A stretch of DNA of 64,000 nt from an uncultured Nitrospiraceae bacterium (lineage in GTDB: Bacteria > Nitrospirota > Nitrospiria > Nitrospirales > Nitrospiraceae): contig CAVSTP010000004.1 in the NCBI GenBank assembly GCA_963730935.1, positions 160,001-224,000 of the forward strand, in the 5' to 3' direction. A program made the position numbers and the translations under genes. Shown piece after piece: positions 48,135 through 57,309 of the stretch (position 1 is its first letter; each line of letters begins with the position of its first letter). Under the pieces are notes generated by a model that saw only the letters and a list, made by a program, of their open reading frames with translations, ran no database searches and was not told where the DNA came from.

Positions 48135-49950
48135 AAGAGATCAGCGCGCGTGCCTGCCATTCACTGGGTATCCCCCCATTCACGATTATGCGCTGGTCGG
48201 CGACTGCCGGACCGGCGCCCTCGTGTCCAGTCGTGGGTCGATTGACTGGCTGTGTCTTCCGCGCTTCGACAGTCCGTCGTGCTTCAACCGTTTGCTCGAC
48301 TGGGAGCACGGCGGGTACTGCGAAGTGAATCCGACGTCCTTCTTCCGGACGAAACGCGCCTACCAAGACCATACAGCGGTCCTCACCACAGAATTTGAAA
48401 CCACCGATGGTAGAGCGCAACTGACGGACCTGATGCCTGTCGCCGCGGACGGAGGGCAAGCCCCGCTGCGATTCCCCCTGCGTCAAGTCCTGCGTCGCAT
48501 CGAGGGACTGGACGGTCGGGTGGAGTTCTCATTAACGATCAAACTGCGTCCGGACGACGGCCGGACGGTCCCGTCCTTTGTACAACGAGGACGGGCCGGG
48601 TATTGCGCCGATTTCGGAGGACGGATGATCTGTGTCGCCGTCGATAGCCCGATGGAGATCAGTCCCGGTCTCCTGAGTGGCCGTGCGGTGGTTTCGCGAG
48701 GCGACAGGCTGACGTTGTGGTTGGTCTATACCGAGGAAGCTCCTGGCGAGTACCCGCAGTTGTTCGCAGCAGAGGAGGCGATTGCGGAAACGCAGACCTA
48801 TTGGACCGGTTGGTCGCGTAGTTGCCGGTACGAGGGAGCATGGCGGGACCAGGCCATCCGAAGCGCGATTACGCTGAAGCTGCTCAGCTATGCGCCATCA
48901 GGCGCCATTGTCGCCGCGCCGACGACCTCTTTGCCGGAACGGTTGGGCGGCGACCTCAATTGGGACTATCGCTATTGCTGGCTCCGCGACGCCTCCTTTA
49001 CGGCCCATGCCTTTTTCCGTCTTGGCTTCGATGCGGAAGCCCTGGCATTCACACAGTGGATGACGCATGCCACGACGTTGACCTATCCAGAATTGCAAGT
49101 CCTGTACACCCTGCATGGAGAGGCGTCGATCCCGGAACGGTCATGGCCTTTTCTCGAAGGATATCGGCGCTCACAACCAGTTCGGATTGGCAATGCCGCG
49201 TCTGCGCAGGAGCAACTCGACGTCTATGGAGAAGTGCTCGATACGATCGCACTGTCTGTGGAGGCGGGCTATGCGGTCGACCGTGACACCAAACGCTGGA
49301 TCGTCGAGGTCGGGAATATTCTCTCCATGTCCTGGCCTTATCCAGATCACGGAATTTGGGAGATCCGCGGTGAACCGCGACACTATGTTCATTCGAAAGT
49401 CATGTGTTGGACGGCGTTGGATCGCGTCGAACGCCTGGCGCGCAAGCTGGGCGTAAGGCCTTCAACGACAGCGTGGAGTCAGGCGCGGGAGGCGTTGGTG
49501 CGCGCAATCTTGAAGTCCGGGTATTCCAAGACCCGCCGCAGCTTCGTTCAGGTTCTTGGAGGCACCAGGCTGGATGCTGCCGCGCTCACGTTCGGCCTCA
49601 CCGGCTTCATCGACGGCCGCGATCCCCTCATGATCTCGACGATTTCGACGATACAGCGGTGGCTGACGCGCGGTCCGTTGGTGTACCGCTATATCGCGGA
49701 GCAGGGGACTGGCCGCGAGGAAGGGGCCTTCCTGCCATGTAGCTTTTGGTTGGTGCAAGCACTGGCCGCTGCCGGGCGACCGGAGGAGGCCCAAGAACTC
49801 CTCGCTCGACTGGTGCCCCACGCCAATGATCTGGGATTATTTCCCGAAGAAATCCGCCATCAGGACGGCGAGTTTCTTGGAAACTTTCCTCTCGCCTTGA
49901 CCCATGTGGCGCACCTCGGCGCCCTGTTGAGCGTTGCGGAGAAAGCATAG
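48109..49950 (+). CDS. Glycoside hydrolase family 15 (trehalase/glucoamylase-like); start uncertain
   Basis: IHDYALVGD, DWLCLPRFDS, AAPTTSLPE, NWDYRYCWLRD, GNFPLALTH. Confidence 0.88.
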   Translation: MTGLTSKPERDQRACLPFTGYPPIHDYALVGDCRTGALVSSRGSIDWLCLPRFDSPSCFNRLLDWEHGGYCEVNPTSFFRTKRAYQDHTAVLTTEFETTDGRAQLTDLMPVAADGGQAPLRFPLRQVLRRIEGLDGRVEFSLTIKLRPDDGRTVPSFVQRGRAGYCADFGGRMICVAVDSPMEISPGLLSGRAVVSRGDRLTLWLVYTEEAPGEYPQLFAAEEAIAETQTYWTGWSRSCRYEGAWRDQAIRSAITLKLLSYAPSGAIVAAPTTSLPERLGGDLNWDYRYCWLRDASFTAHAFFRLGFDAEALAFTQWMTHATTLTYPELQVLYTLHGEASIPERSWPFLEGYRRSQPVRIGNAASAQEQLDVYGEVLDTIALSVEAGYAVDRDTKRWIVEVGNILSMSWPYPDHGIWEIRGEPRHYVHSKVMCWTALDRVERLARKLGVRPSTTAWSQAREALVRAILKSGYSKTRRSFVQVLGGTRLDAAALTFGLTGFIDGRDPLMISTISTIQRWLTRGPLVYRYIAEQGTGREEGAFLPCSFWLVQALAAAGRPEEAQELLARLVPHANDLGLFPEEIRHQDGEFLGNFPLALTHVAHLGALLSVAEKA

Positions 49951-49971
49951 GCCGGATCAATTGAGGCGGCA

Positions 49972-50445
49972 CTAAATCCGATAGAAGCCACCGAGCACAG
50001 TGCCGTAGGCAATGTGGGCGATCAACACCGCTAACGGAGTCCGATAACCGTAGTTCAACGCCAGAAAGCCCGGCGGCTCGAGCATTCTCGTCGGCCGCGG
50101 GCCGGTGCTGTCGGAGGCCATTCGGGGATGAAGGCCGGGGAGGGACGGAAGCACGGCAACCAGGATAAACGCCGTGTGTGCGATCCCCATTAACGCTCCC
50201 AGCCACCAGGTTGCCATGCCAAAGGCATGGAAGAACAGCACATAGATGAGTGCAATCCACCAGCCGTTGATAAAGTGTATGACAAAGCCGATGACCTTTG
50301 CCCGGTCTCGATCGGGGGTGACCATCGTGCCCAGCAGGAGGGTTGTGTCCATCCGGGTGAGGTGCAGCGCCTGGCCTGCCCGCAGGAGTGTCGTCAAGAG
50401 ACCGGTGGCCAGCAGTCCCCAGATCAACGTGTCGCCCACGTGCAT
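49972..50445 (-). CDS. Hypothetical membrane protein
   Basis: About 4 TM segments; HPRMAS...LEPPGF motif. Confidence 0.7.
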   Translation of the reverse strand: MHVGDTLIWGLLATGLLTTLLRAGQALHLTRMDTTLLLGTMVTPDRDRAKVIGFVIHFINGWWIALIYVLFFHAFGMATWWLGALMGIAHTAFILVAVLPSLPGLHPRMASDSTGPRPTRMLEPPGFLALNYGYRTPLAVLIAHIAYGTVLGGFYRI

Positions 50446-50575
50446 GGCCGTCTTTCTCGGCGGTCCGACGGCTGACTGCATTGCTGCCGAAGGCGCCTGC
50501 CCGGTCGCGCCAGCCTTGCGGGTCGAGTCCAAGGAAGGAACTCAAGGCGCCCGCAGGCGGCGACCGGGTTTCGCT

Positions 50576-51118
50576 CTAGGCGGCCTTTTTCCGTCGTGCC
50601 CCCGACGACTTCTTGCCGCCTTCGTATTTCTGCATTAATCTGACTTTGCGTTTGGAGACTTCATCCGAGATGCTGTGGGGCTCAAAGCCGCCTTCCTGGG
50701 CTTGAGGGAACAGTTCTCCCTCTTCTTCTTCGATATGATGGCCAACCAACTCGCCCAAGACCTTGAACTTGGTGGAAAATCCCTCGTCTTCTGCATCCAT
50801 CTTGCGCAGCTCTTTGATCAAGAACTTGGCCACGTGATGTTCTTCCCTGGCCTCATTGACCAAATCTTCGTCGTCTATCACTTCGGCAATGGCGGGGTAG
50901 ACCAACTCCTCCTCCAGCGTCGCATGGACTTCCAAAGCCGTCAGGGTCTCGTCGGCAATCGACGCGCGAGCCCGTTTATCGGCGTCCTCAAACTTCGTAA
51001 AAAGGTCCTGCACGTGGCGATGGTCGGTCTTCAACATTTCGAAGACATCCTCGCCCCCTTCTCCCTTCTCCGTCTCGCGTTGTTCCATGTCGTCGTTCTG
51101 TGATCGGCCTTCACGCAT
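50576..51118 (-). CDS. Hemerythrin-like (HHE) domain protein
   Basis: DHRHV, HATLEEELVYP, EEHH, HHIEEEE; AAGGAGG RBS. Confidence 0.88.
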   Translation of the reverse strand: MREGRSQNDDMEQRETEKGEGGEDVFEMLKTDHRHVQDLFTKFEDADKRARASIADETLTALEVHATLEEELVYPAIAEVIDDEDLVNEAREEHHVAKFLIKELRKMDAEDEGFSTKFKVLGELVGHHIEEEEGELFPQAQEGGFEPHSISDEVSKRKVRLMQKYEGGKKSSGARRKKAA

Positions 51119-51127
51119 GATTCCTCC

Positions 51128-51535
51128 TTAGATCTCTTCGCGGTCTTCGCGGCGCATGATGTTCTCGAACAGCTCGTATTGCTCCTGGCAGGCCACGCAT
51201 CGCCGTGCAAAGGGGAGCGCCCGAAGCCTGGCCGGTGAAATTGTCGCTTCACAATCCTCGCAGATACCGTAGGTGCCTTCATCTAGCCGGCGAAGTGCTT
51301 CGTCCAGTTGGATCCGTTCTTGTGTGCGGGCTTCGAGGAGTGCAATTTGCTGGGCGCCGGTGGCGTCGCGCAGCGACATGTCCTCGACATCGAGTACGGA
51401 GTTGTCGCGGAAGTGGGTATGGTTGTCCCGGTGTTGCGCAATGAGATGATCGATTTCACGTTGGAGCGTCGACCGCCGTCCGATCAGCACGGTGCGCAGC
51501 ACTTCCGGCCGCCTCTCATTTATCTGATTTTCCAT
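51128..51535 (-). CDS. TraR/DksA C4 zinc-finger protein
   Basis: ALRRLDEGTYGICEDC...RLRALPFARRCVAC. Confidence 0.88.
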   Translation of the reverse strand: MENQINERRPEVLRTVLIGRRSTLQREIDHLIAQHRDNHTHFRDNSVLDVEDMSLRDATGAQQIALLEARTQERIQLDEALRRLDEGTYGICEDCEATISPARLRALPFARRCVACQEQYELFENIMRREDREEI

Positions 51536-51582
51536 TGAATGACTCCTCGTCTATTGGTGATGAGCGACTCGGTATGGGTTTG

Positions 51583-51598
51583 TGCAAAAGAAGGGCCA
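51583..51598 (-). promoter_or_regulatory. sigma54 promoter (dksA-like/hemerythrin)
   Basis: TGGCCCTTCTTTTGCA on the minus strand. Confidence 0.75.
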
Positions 51599-51673
51599 GT
51601 CGTTTCGGCCTCTATGGTCATTAGGATTGGCTGAGAGTGGATTGATTCTGGTGCGATGGGAGGCTCTGCCGTT

Positions 51674-51706
51674 GCGCGAGTTGTCTTTCCCGGGGACAAG
51701 CTGTCG
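51674..51706. promoter_or_regulatory. Tandem enhancer-like palindromes
   Basis: GCGCGAGTTGTCT (half site) and GGACAAGCTGTCG, centres 20 bp apart. Confidence 0.6.
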
Positions 51707-51743
51707 GCGGTTCCAGTGGAATTGCACACACCTGCTTGAGGTA

Positions 51744-51770
51744 AGGCAGAGGAGCATCGCTCCTCTGCCT
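51744..51770 (-). terminator. Perfect 12-bp stem hairpin, probable terminator of the SDR-hemerythrin transcript
   Basis: AGGCAGAGGAGC-ATC-GCTCCTCTGCCT; U-tract weak. Confidence 0.5.
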
Positions 51771-51953
51771 GTGCCGTCTTCCGCCGAACGTTTTTCCGCG
51801 CGGTGGGGCAGTCATGACGTTGAGAGTGGGCGACTCTCAGGTTCAATGACGAGCGATCCGAAACGGGGGCGCGCCCGGATCGTTCATGTTCCATCGCGCT
51901 GCGTAATCGGCGCAAGACAACGCCATTACTCATTCCTCATGCCATCGGGCACG

Positions 51954-52550
51954 TTATGCGGCGAGCGATGATTGCGACGTCAGATCGTCCTTACGCCGCT
52001 GCATCGTCATCCCGAGCGTCTGCACGTCGAGCTGGGCCGCCGCGAGCGGAAGAATCGCATCTTCTTCCTCCGTGACATGCTCGATGACGGCATCCTCAAA
52101 CTCCGTAAACAGGTCCCGATAATCACTGCTTTTCGGGTCCAGGGTCCGAAGCTGTTGAATCAAGTCCTTGACCATACTGTGACTGTCGTAGGCGGCCGTG
52201 ATGATTTCCGACTCCGCTTCCTCCTCTTCCTCGTCATCGAGTTCCTCGAGGGCGCTTTCGCTTTCCGGGTCGATCTCGCCGTCGTCCGTGACATCGAGCC
52301 CGTTGCCCTCCGTTTCATATCCCAGCGATTCGAGCTTGGACTGCACGGCCGGGTAGAACAGTTCCTCTTCCACTTTCGAATGAATATCCAACTCGGTGAA
52401 CAGCCGCGACGCGATGGATCCCTTCTCGTCATCCGACGCGCCATGGAATTGTTCGAACAGCTTGCGCACCTCTTTGTGATCGGCTTTCAACAACTGGACT
52501 GCATCTTGGGGTTGTGAGCTTTTAGGCTTCTTCGGCGTCCGCTTGGCCAT
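51954..52550 (-). CDS. Hemerythrin-like domain protein with acidic insertion
   Basis: DHKEV, HSKVEEELFYP, HVTEEE; GGAGG RBS. Confidence 0.85.
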   Translation of the reverse strand: MAKRTPKKPKSSQPQDAVQLLKADHKEVRKLFEQFHGASDDEKGSIASRLFTELDIHSKVEEELFYPAVQSKLESLGYETEGNGLDVTDDGEIDPESESALEELDDEEEEEAESEIITAAYDSHSMVKDLIQQLRTLDPKSSDYRDLFTEFEDAVIEHVTEEEDAILPLAAAQLDVQTLGMTMQRRKDDLTSQSSLAA

Positions 52551-52594
52551 GGTGTCCTCCTTGCCATTCATGAAAAACGCCCTGCGCCTCTGGC

Positions 52595-53455
52595 TCATCC
52601 ATTGACGATCGTGCCTCCGTTGGGATGCAGCACTTGGCCGGTCGTATAGGATGAGTCCTGCGACGCAAGGAAGACATAACTCGGGGCGACTTCCTCGGGC
52701 TGCCCAGCGCGTTTGAGCGGGACGTCGAAACCGAACGTGGCGACTTTATCCGCGGGAAAGGTGGAGGGGATCAGGGGCGTCCAGATGGGACCTGGCGCCA
52801 CGGCATTGACTCGGATCTGCTTGTCGGCGAGCGCCTGAGACAGAGACCGCGTGAAGGCGACGATTGCGCCCTTGGTCGACGAATAATCGATCAACTGGGC
52901 GCTGCCTTTATAGGCCGTCACCGAAGTCGTGTTGATAATGGTGCTTCCCTCCTTCAAGTGGGGCAATGCGGCTTTCCCCATAAAAAAATACGAAAAAATG
53001 TTCGTCCGGAACGTGCGCTCGAGTTGGTCCTCTGTAATCTCTTCCAGGCTCTCCTGCGGATGCTGCTCGGCGGCATTGTTCACGAGAATATCCAGCCCGC
53101 CCAATTCGCGGACGGTGCGCTCCACCGCCTCGTGGCAGAACTGTTCCTTCCCTACGTCGCCTGCGATGAGGATGCACCTACGACCCTGCTGTTCGACCAG
53201 GCGCTGGGTTTCTTTCGCATCTTCATGCTCGTTGTAATAGACGATGGCCGTATCAGCCCCTTCTTTGGCGTACGCGATGGCGACGGCTCGACCAATGCCA
53301 CTATCTCCGCCCGTGATCAACGCCACCTTGTTCAGGAGTTTGCCGCATCCACCTTGCGCAGGGCCTTCGCTTTTCGGACGAGGCGTCATGTCCTTTTCCA
53401 GTCCTGGCTGTCGTGACTGTTGCTGAGGCGGACGCTGCTGTTTCGATGGGGACAT
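52595..53455 (-). CDS. SDR oxidoreductase (YdaD/YghA-like general stress protein)
   Basis: TGGDSGIG, NNAAEQ, YSSTK, PGPIWTPL, AGQPEE. Confidence 0.9.
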   Translation of the reverse strand: MSPSKQQRPPQQQSRQPGLEKDMTPRPKSEGPAQGGCGKLLNKVALITGGDSGIGRAVAIAYAKEGADTAIVYYNEHEDAKETQRLVEQQGRRCILIAGDVGKEQFCHEAVERTVRELGGLDILVNNAAEQHPQESLEEITEDQLERTFRTNIFSYFFMGKAALPHLKEGSTIINTTSVTAYKGSAQLIDYSSTKGAIVAFTRSLSQALADKQIRVNAVAPGPIWTPLIPSTFPADKVATFGFDVPLKRAGQPEEVAPSYVFLASQDSSYTTGQVLHPNGGTIVNG

Positions 53456-53598
53456 TCACACCTCGTGATCGGTGATGCCGGATCCGCTGCCCACTCCGAG
53501 TTCCACACCGCCGGCGGTACCTAGCGTGCGCCCCAGGGTGCAGAAAACCAAGGCCAAGCTCCTATTTTCTTAGTGCGTGAAGACAGTGGAGAAGACGG

Positions 53599-53614
53599 TG
53601 CAAGAGACAGACCC
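53599..53614 (-). promoter_or_regulatory. sigma54 promoter (SDR-hemerythrin)
   Basis: GGGTCTGTCTCTTGCA on the minus strand. Confidence 0.65.
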
Positions 53615-53689
53615 CGGTCGACCACGTGGAGCTTCGCGGGCAACACTGTTGGGTGTAGGCCGATGACCTGAGACGCGGTTGAATAATGT

Positions 53690-53721
53690 GGACAAAATGT
53701 CTGACACAGGACACCTGGTCC
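53690..53721. promoter_or_regulatory. Tandem enhancer-like palindromes
   Basis: GGACAAAATGTCT and GGACACCTGGTCC, centres 19 bp apart. Confidence 0.65.
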
Positions 53722-53789
53722 GCTCCCTGTGTCCAGCCGGCAGACCGTTTCCCTGAAGGACGTATCGGTTACGTTGTTCACTCCGGCAA

Positions 53790-53805
53790 GGGCACTCGAT
53801 TTGCA
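53790..53805 (+). promoter_or_regulatory. sigma54 promoter (PLD-VTT/EEP)
   Basis: GGGCACTCGATTTGCA. Confidence 0.75.
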
Positions 53806-53824
53806 CTTCTCCCCTGACCGCAAG

Positions 53825-56026
53825 ATGAACGCCGCGAGAAAATTACAAAAGCAGTCGGAATTGCAGCAGCAATCGCCCGGTGCGGCCTCCCGGTCCTCCG
53901 CTGCACGGTCGTCGTTACTCGTGCCCGGCCGCAATTGTTGGCGGGTGGAGCGCGCCGAGCACGCGTCGTTCCTGATCGACGGAGATTCCTACTTCCGGGC
54001 GTTTCGTGCCGCGGCCATCAATGCCCGCCACAGCATTATTATCCTCGGCTGGGATTTCGACAGCCGGATCCGAATGCTGATCGACCGGGAACCCGACGGG
54101 TTTCCCGACCGGTTAGGCGAATTCCTCCATGCGCTGCTGATCCGGAGACGACAGCTCCATATCTACGTCCTCACGTGGGACTTCCACATGATCTACTGGA
54201 AGGAGCGGGAATGGTGGCTCCCGTCGAAGCTCGCCGCGCATCGACGGCTGCATTTCCACAAGGACGGCGCGCATCCGGTCGGGGCCTCCCATCATCAGAA
54301 AGTGGTCATCGTCGACGATGTCGTGGCCTTTGTCGGGGGGTTGGATTTTGCCCAATGCCGCTGGGATACGAGCCAGCATCGTGACAGCCACCCGGACCGT
54401 GTGCTGCTCACAGATGAGACCCCGTGCCGGCCGTTTCATGACGTGCAGCTGATGGTGAGCGGTCCGGTGGCTGAAGCGCTGGGGGAGTTGGCCCGCAACC
54501 GCTGGCGTGCCGCGACTGGGCGGGCCATGCGTCCCGTCGTGCAGGGCCGTCCGGAAGAACTGTGGCCCGAGGCTGTGAAGCCGGAGATGTCGGATGTCCC
54601 GGTCGCCATTGCCAGAACAGCGCCCGCCTTCGGGGAGCGTGCGTCCGTCAACGAAGTGGAGGCCTTATTTCTGGACAGTCTGAACAACGCGCGCCGTCAC
54701 ATTTACATTGAGACGCAGTACCTGACCTCCCGAACGATCGCAGACTGCCTTGCCGCACGGCTGCAGGATCCAAAAGGACCAGAAATCGTCATGGTGCTGC
54801 ATCCCAACAGCGACGGTTGGCTCGAGCAGCATACGATGGACGTGCTGAGAGGACGCGTGCTCGAGCAGCTCCGTGCCGCGGACCGGTTCCACCGCTTGAG
54901 TCTCAATTATCCCAAGGTGCCAGACCTTCGCGGGCAATGCATCAGCATGCACAGCAAAGTCTGCGTCGTAGACGATGACTTCGTGCGGATAGGATCGGCC
55001 AACCTGAGCAATCGGTCGATGGGGTTCGATACGGAGTGCGACTTGGCGATCGAAGCGTCAGGGAACCCGGCCATACGTGGATCGATCGGCGCATTCCGCC
55101 ATTCATTGCTCGCAGAACATCTTGGAGTCAGTCCGGATGCGGTCGCACGTGAGCTCGAAAAGGATGGGTCGCTGATCGGCACGGTGGAGCGGTTGCGCGG
55201 GGGAGCCCGGACGCTGGGGTATTTCGACGGCACCGTTTCGGCTGATGTGAACGAGGTCGTGCCCGATGAAGCCTTTATCGACCCGAGCGGACCGTATGAC
55301 ATGCAATTCATTCCGGCTGAACGTCGGAAGCCCGCACTTCGGCTAATCATTACCGGTTCTGTCGGTCTGCTGGCGTTGATCCTGCTTGCCGGCCTCTGGC
55401 AGTGGTCGCCGTTACGCGAACTGATGGATGTGACCTCACTGGTGGCTTCGTTGGAGGAAGTGGCCAATGGGCCTATGGCCTTGCTCATGACTGTCGCCGG
55501 GTTCTTGATCGGAGGTGTGCTGGTCATGCCGGTGATGATATTGATCGCGGTGACCATTCTCGCCTTCGGGCCGTGGTGGGGATTCTGGTATGCCCTGATC
55601 GGCATGACGGCGAGTGCGTTGCTCACCTTCGGCGTCGGCCGTCTGTTGGGCCGTCGGTTGATGGACCATCTCTCGGGCTCATGGGTGCATCGGATCAGTC
55701 GCACCCTGGCCAAAAAAGGCCTGCTGACCGTCGTGACGCTCCGAATCCTTCCCGTTGCGCCGTTTTCCATCCTCAATGCCGTCGCTGGGGCTTCGCACAT
55801 CCGGGCGAGGGACTTTTTCCTCGGTACGGTGTTGGGGGAGCTTCCGGGACTTGTGGGTCTCGCGTTGTTTCTGGACCAGGTGACCGAAACCATCCGGCAT
55901 CCCGAACTCGGCAGTATTCTGCTCCTCGTCGTGATTGCTGCCGGAATCGTGCTGATCGCCTGGGCGTTGGGACGGTGGCTGTCCAACAAACCAGATGATA
56001 TGTCGAGCACAGAGCGGACGGACTGA
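53825..56026 (+). CDS. Phospholipase D family protein fused to a VTT/DedA domain
   Basis: HQKVVIVD and HSKVCVVD HKD motifs; C-terminal TM region with LRILPVAPF. Confidence 0.88.
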   Translation: MNAARKLQKQSELQQQSPGAASRSSAARSSLLVPGRNCWRVERAEHASFLIDGDSYFRAFRAAAINARHSIIILGWDFDSRIRMLIDREPDGFPDRLGEFLHALLIRRRQLHIYVLTWDFHMIYWKEREWWLPSKLAAHRRLHFHKDGAHPVGASHHQKVVIVDDVVAFVGGLDFAQCRWDTSQHRDSHPDRVLLTDETPCRPFHDVQLMVSGPVAEALGELARNRWRAATGRAMRPVVQGRPEELWPEAVKPEMSDVPVAIARTAPAFGERASVNEVEALFLDSLNNARRHIYIETQYLTSRTIADCLAARLQDPKGPEIVMVLHPNSDGWLEQHTMDVLRGRVLEQLRAADRFHRLSLNYPKVPDLRGQCISMHSKVCVVDDDFVRIGSANLSNRSMGFDTECDLAIEASGNPAIRGSIGAFRHSLLAEHLGVSPDAVARELEKDGSLIGTVERLRGGARTLGYFDGTVSADVNEVVPDEAFIDPSGPYDMQFIPAERRKPALRLIITGSVGLLALILLAGLWQWSPLRELMDVTSLVASLEEVANGPMALLMTVAGFLIGGVLVMPVMILIAVTILAFGPWWGFWYALIGMTASALLTFGVGRLLGRRLMDHLSGSWVHRISRTLAKKGLLTVVTLRILPVAPFSILNAVAGASHIRARDFFLGTVLGELPGLVGLALFLDQVTETIRHPELGSILLLVVIAAGIVLIAWALGRWLSNKPDDMSSTERTD

Positions 56027-56027
56027 C

Positions 56028-56726
56028 ATGCAGCTGACGTTCGCCACCTACAATATCCATCGATGTGTCGGGCGCGACGGTCGGTACGATCCTTCCCGCA
56101 TCCGCGATGTCATTCGTGAATTGGACGCGGACGTGATCGCGGTGCAGGAAATCGACACTCCGGATCGGCACGGTTTGGAACTCGCGCATTGGCTGGGAGA
56201 GGAATCCAAGTATCAGGTCATCGCCGGGCCCACCTTGTTGGAGCGCAAGGGCCATCACGGCAACGCGGTCTTCACCCGCTGCCAGCGAGGAGAGATTCGG
56301 TTGGTGGATTTCAGTCTACCTGCGTATGAGCCCCGCGGGGCGATCGACCTGGATGTGACCTGTGGCGGGGTGACCGTGCAAGTCATCGCCACGCATTTGG
56401 GGCTACGTCCATGGGAGCGACGCTTCCAAGTCGAGCGGCTTCTCAAATGCGTCAGACCGAATTGCGTCCTCATGGGCGACTTCAACGAATGGTGGCTTTG
56501 GGGCCATCCGCTGCGGGCGATCAAAGCTATTTTCGGTCACACTCCCGCGTTGCCCACCTTTCCCTCCTTCCGACCGGCCCTGGCACTGGATCGTATCTGG
56601 ATCCGACCCACCGGTCGTCTCAAGTCCATCGCGGTGCACCGAACGCGCCTCTCGGCACGAGCATCGGATCACCTGCCGCTCAAGGCGGTTGTCGAATGGG
56701 ATTCGGAGGAAAACACGGACGGGTAA
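56028..56726 (+). CDS. Endonuclease/exonuclease/phosphatase family protein (YbhP-like)
   Basis: TYNIH, QE, GDFNEW, LDRI, SDHLPL. Confidence 0.9.
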   Translation: MQLTFATYNIHRCVGRDGRYDPSRIRDVIRELDADVIAVQEIDTPDRHGLELAHWLGEESKYQVIAGPTLLERKGHHGNAVFTRCQRGEIRLVDFSLPAYEPRGAIDLDVTCGGVTVQVIATHLGLRPWERRFQVERLLKCVRPNCVLMGDFNEWWLWGHPLRAIKAIFGHTPALPTFPSFRPALALDRIWIRPTGRLKSIAVHRTRLSARASDHLPLKAVVEWDSEENTDG

Positions 56727-56770
56727 GTTCGCACTTACCCGTCAGAAGGTGGGCGCTGCCATGACCATCA

Positions 56771-57142
56771 TCACTGCTCCGCAGAGTCCGGCGCGCTTGC
56801 CGCAACCGACTGGTCCGGCTCGGCCACCAGATCGGGGACAGAGGTGTCCATCACTCTTAGCGCGCGTCCCTGGTCGTCCAGCCGGAGCGCGATGCGCGCG
56901 CCGACGATCACGTTCTCAAACAGATAGGCCTTGGGTACGTCGAAATAGATGGGGCGTCCCAAATCCGTTCTTAAGAGGCCCCGCCCGGTGGCCAAATCCA
57001 GCTTGAGCAAGGTGCCGGACACCAGGTGCAGCGGCCCGTCCGTGCCCTCGGCCGCAACGGGAGTGGGCTGGCTCAGGAACGCCGCGAGCACAACGCCCAG
57101 GAGAGTGATCGTGAACGTTGAGGGTGTGGTGCGATTAATCAT
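56771..57142 (-). CDS. Hypothetical exported small beta-barrel protein
   Basis: Signal peptide VAA-E; AGGAG RBS. Confidence 0.6.
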   Translation of the reverse strand: MINRTTPSTFTITLLGVVLAAFLSQPTPVAAEGTDGPLHLVSGTLLKLDLATGRGLLRTDLGRPIYFDVPKAYLFENVIVGARIALRLDDQGRALRVMDTSVPDLVAEPDQSVAASAPDSAEQ

Positions 57143-57309
57143 AGCGTCTCCTTCCATTGCCTTGCCTACAGGGTGAAACGGCAAGGCTCATCGCGCTTGA
57201 CGAGCAGCCGGAAGGTCCCAAAGAATTTTCCAGCCCACAGCAACCATTGCCTAGTGGCTCAGCCTCCTACTCGACTTCACGTATCGCTTTAACTTGACTG
57301 TCCCTTCAC

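Noticed and set aside
57251..57270. CTAG...CTAC element as a member of the CTAG-N8-CYAG family (also 28516, 62873)
   Set aside because: Spacers of 12, 7 and 10 nt do not fit the 8-nt spacing.
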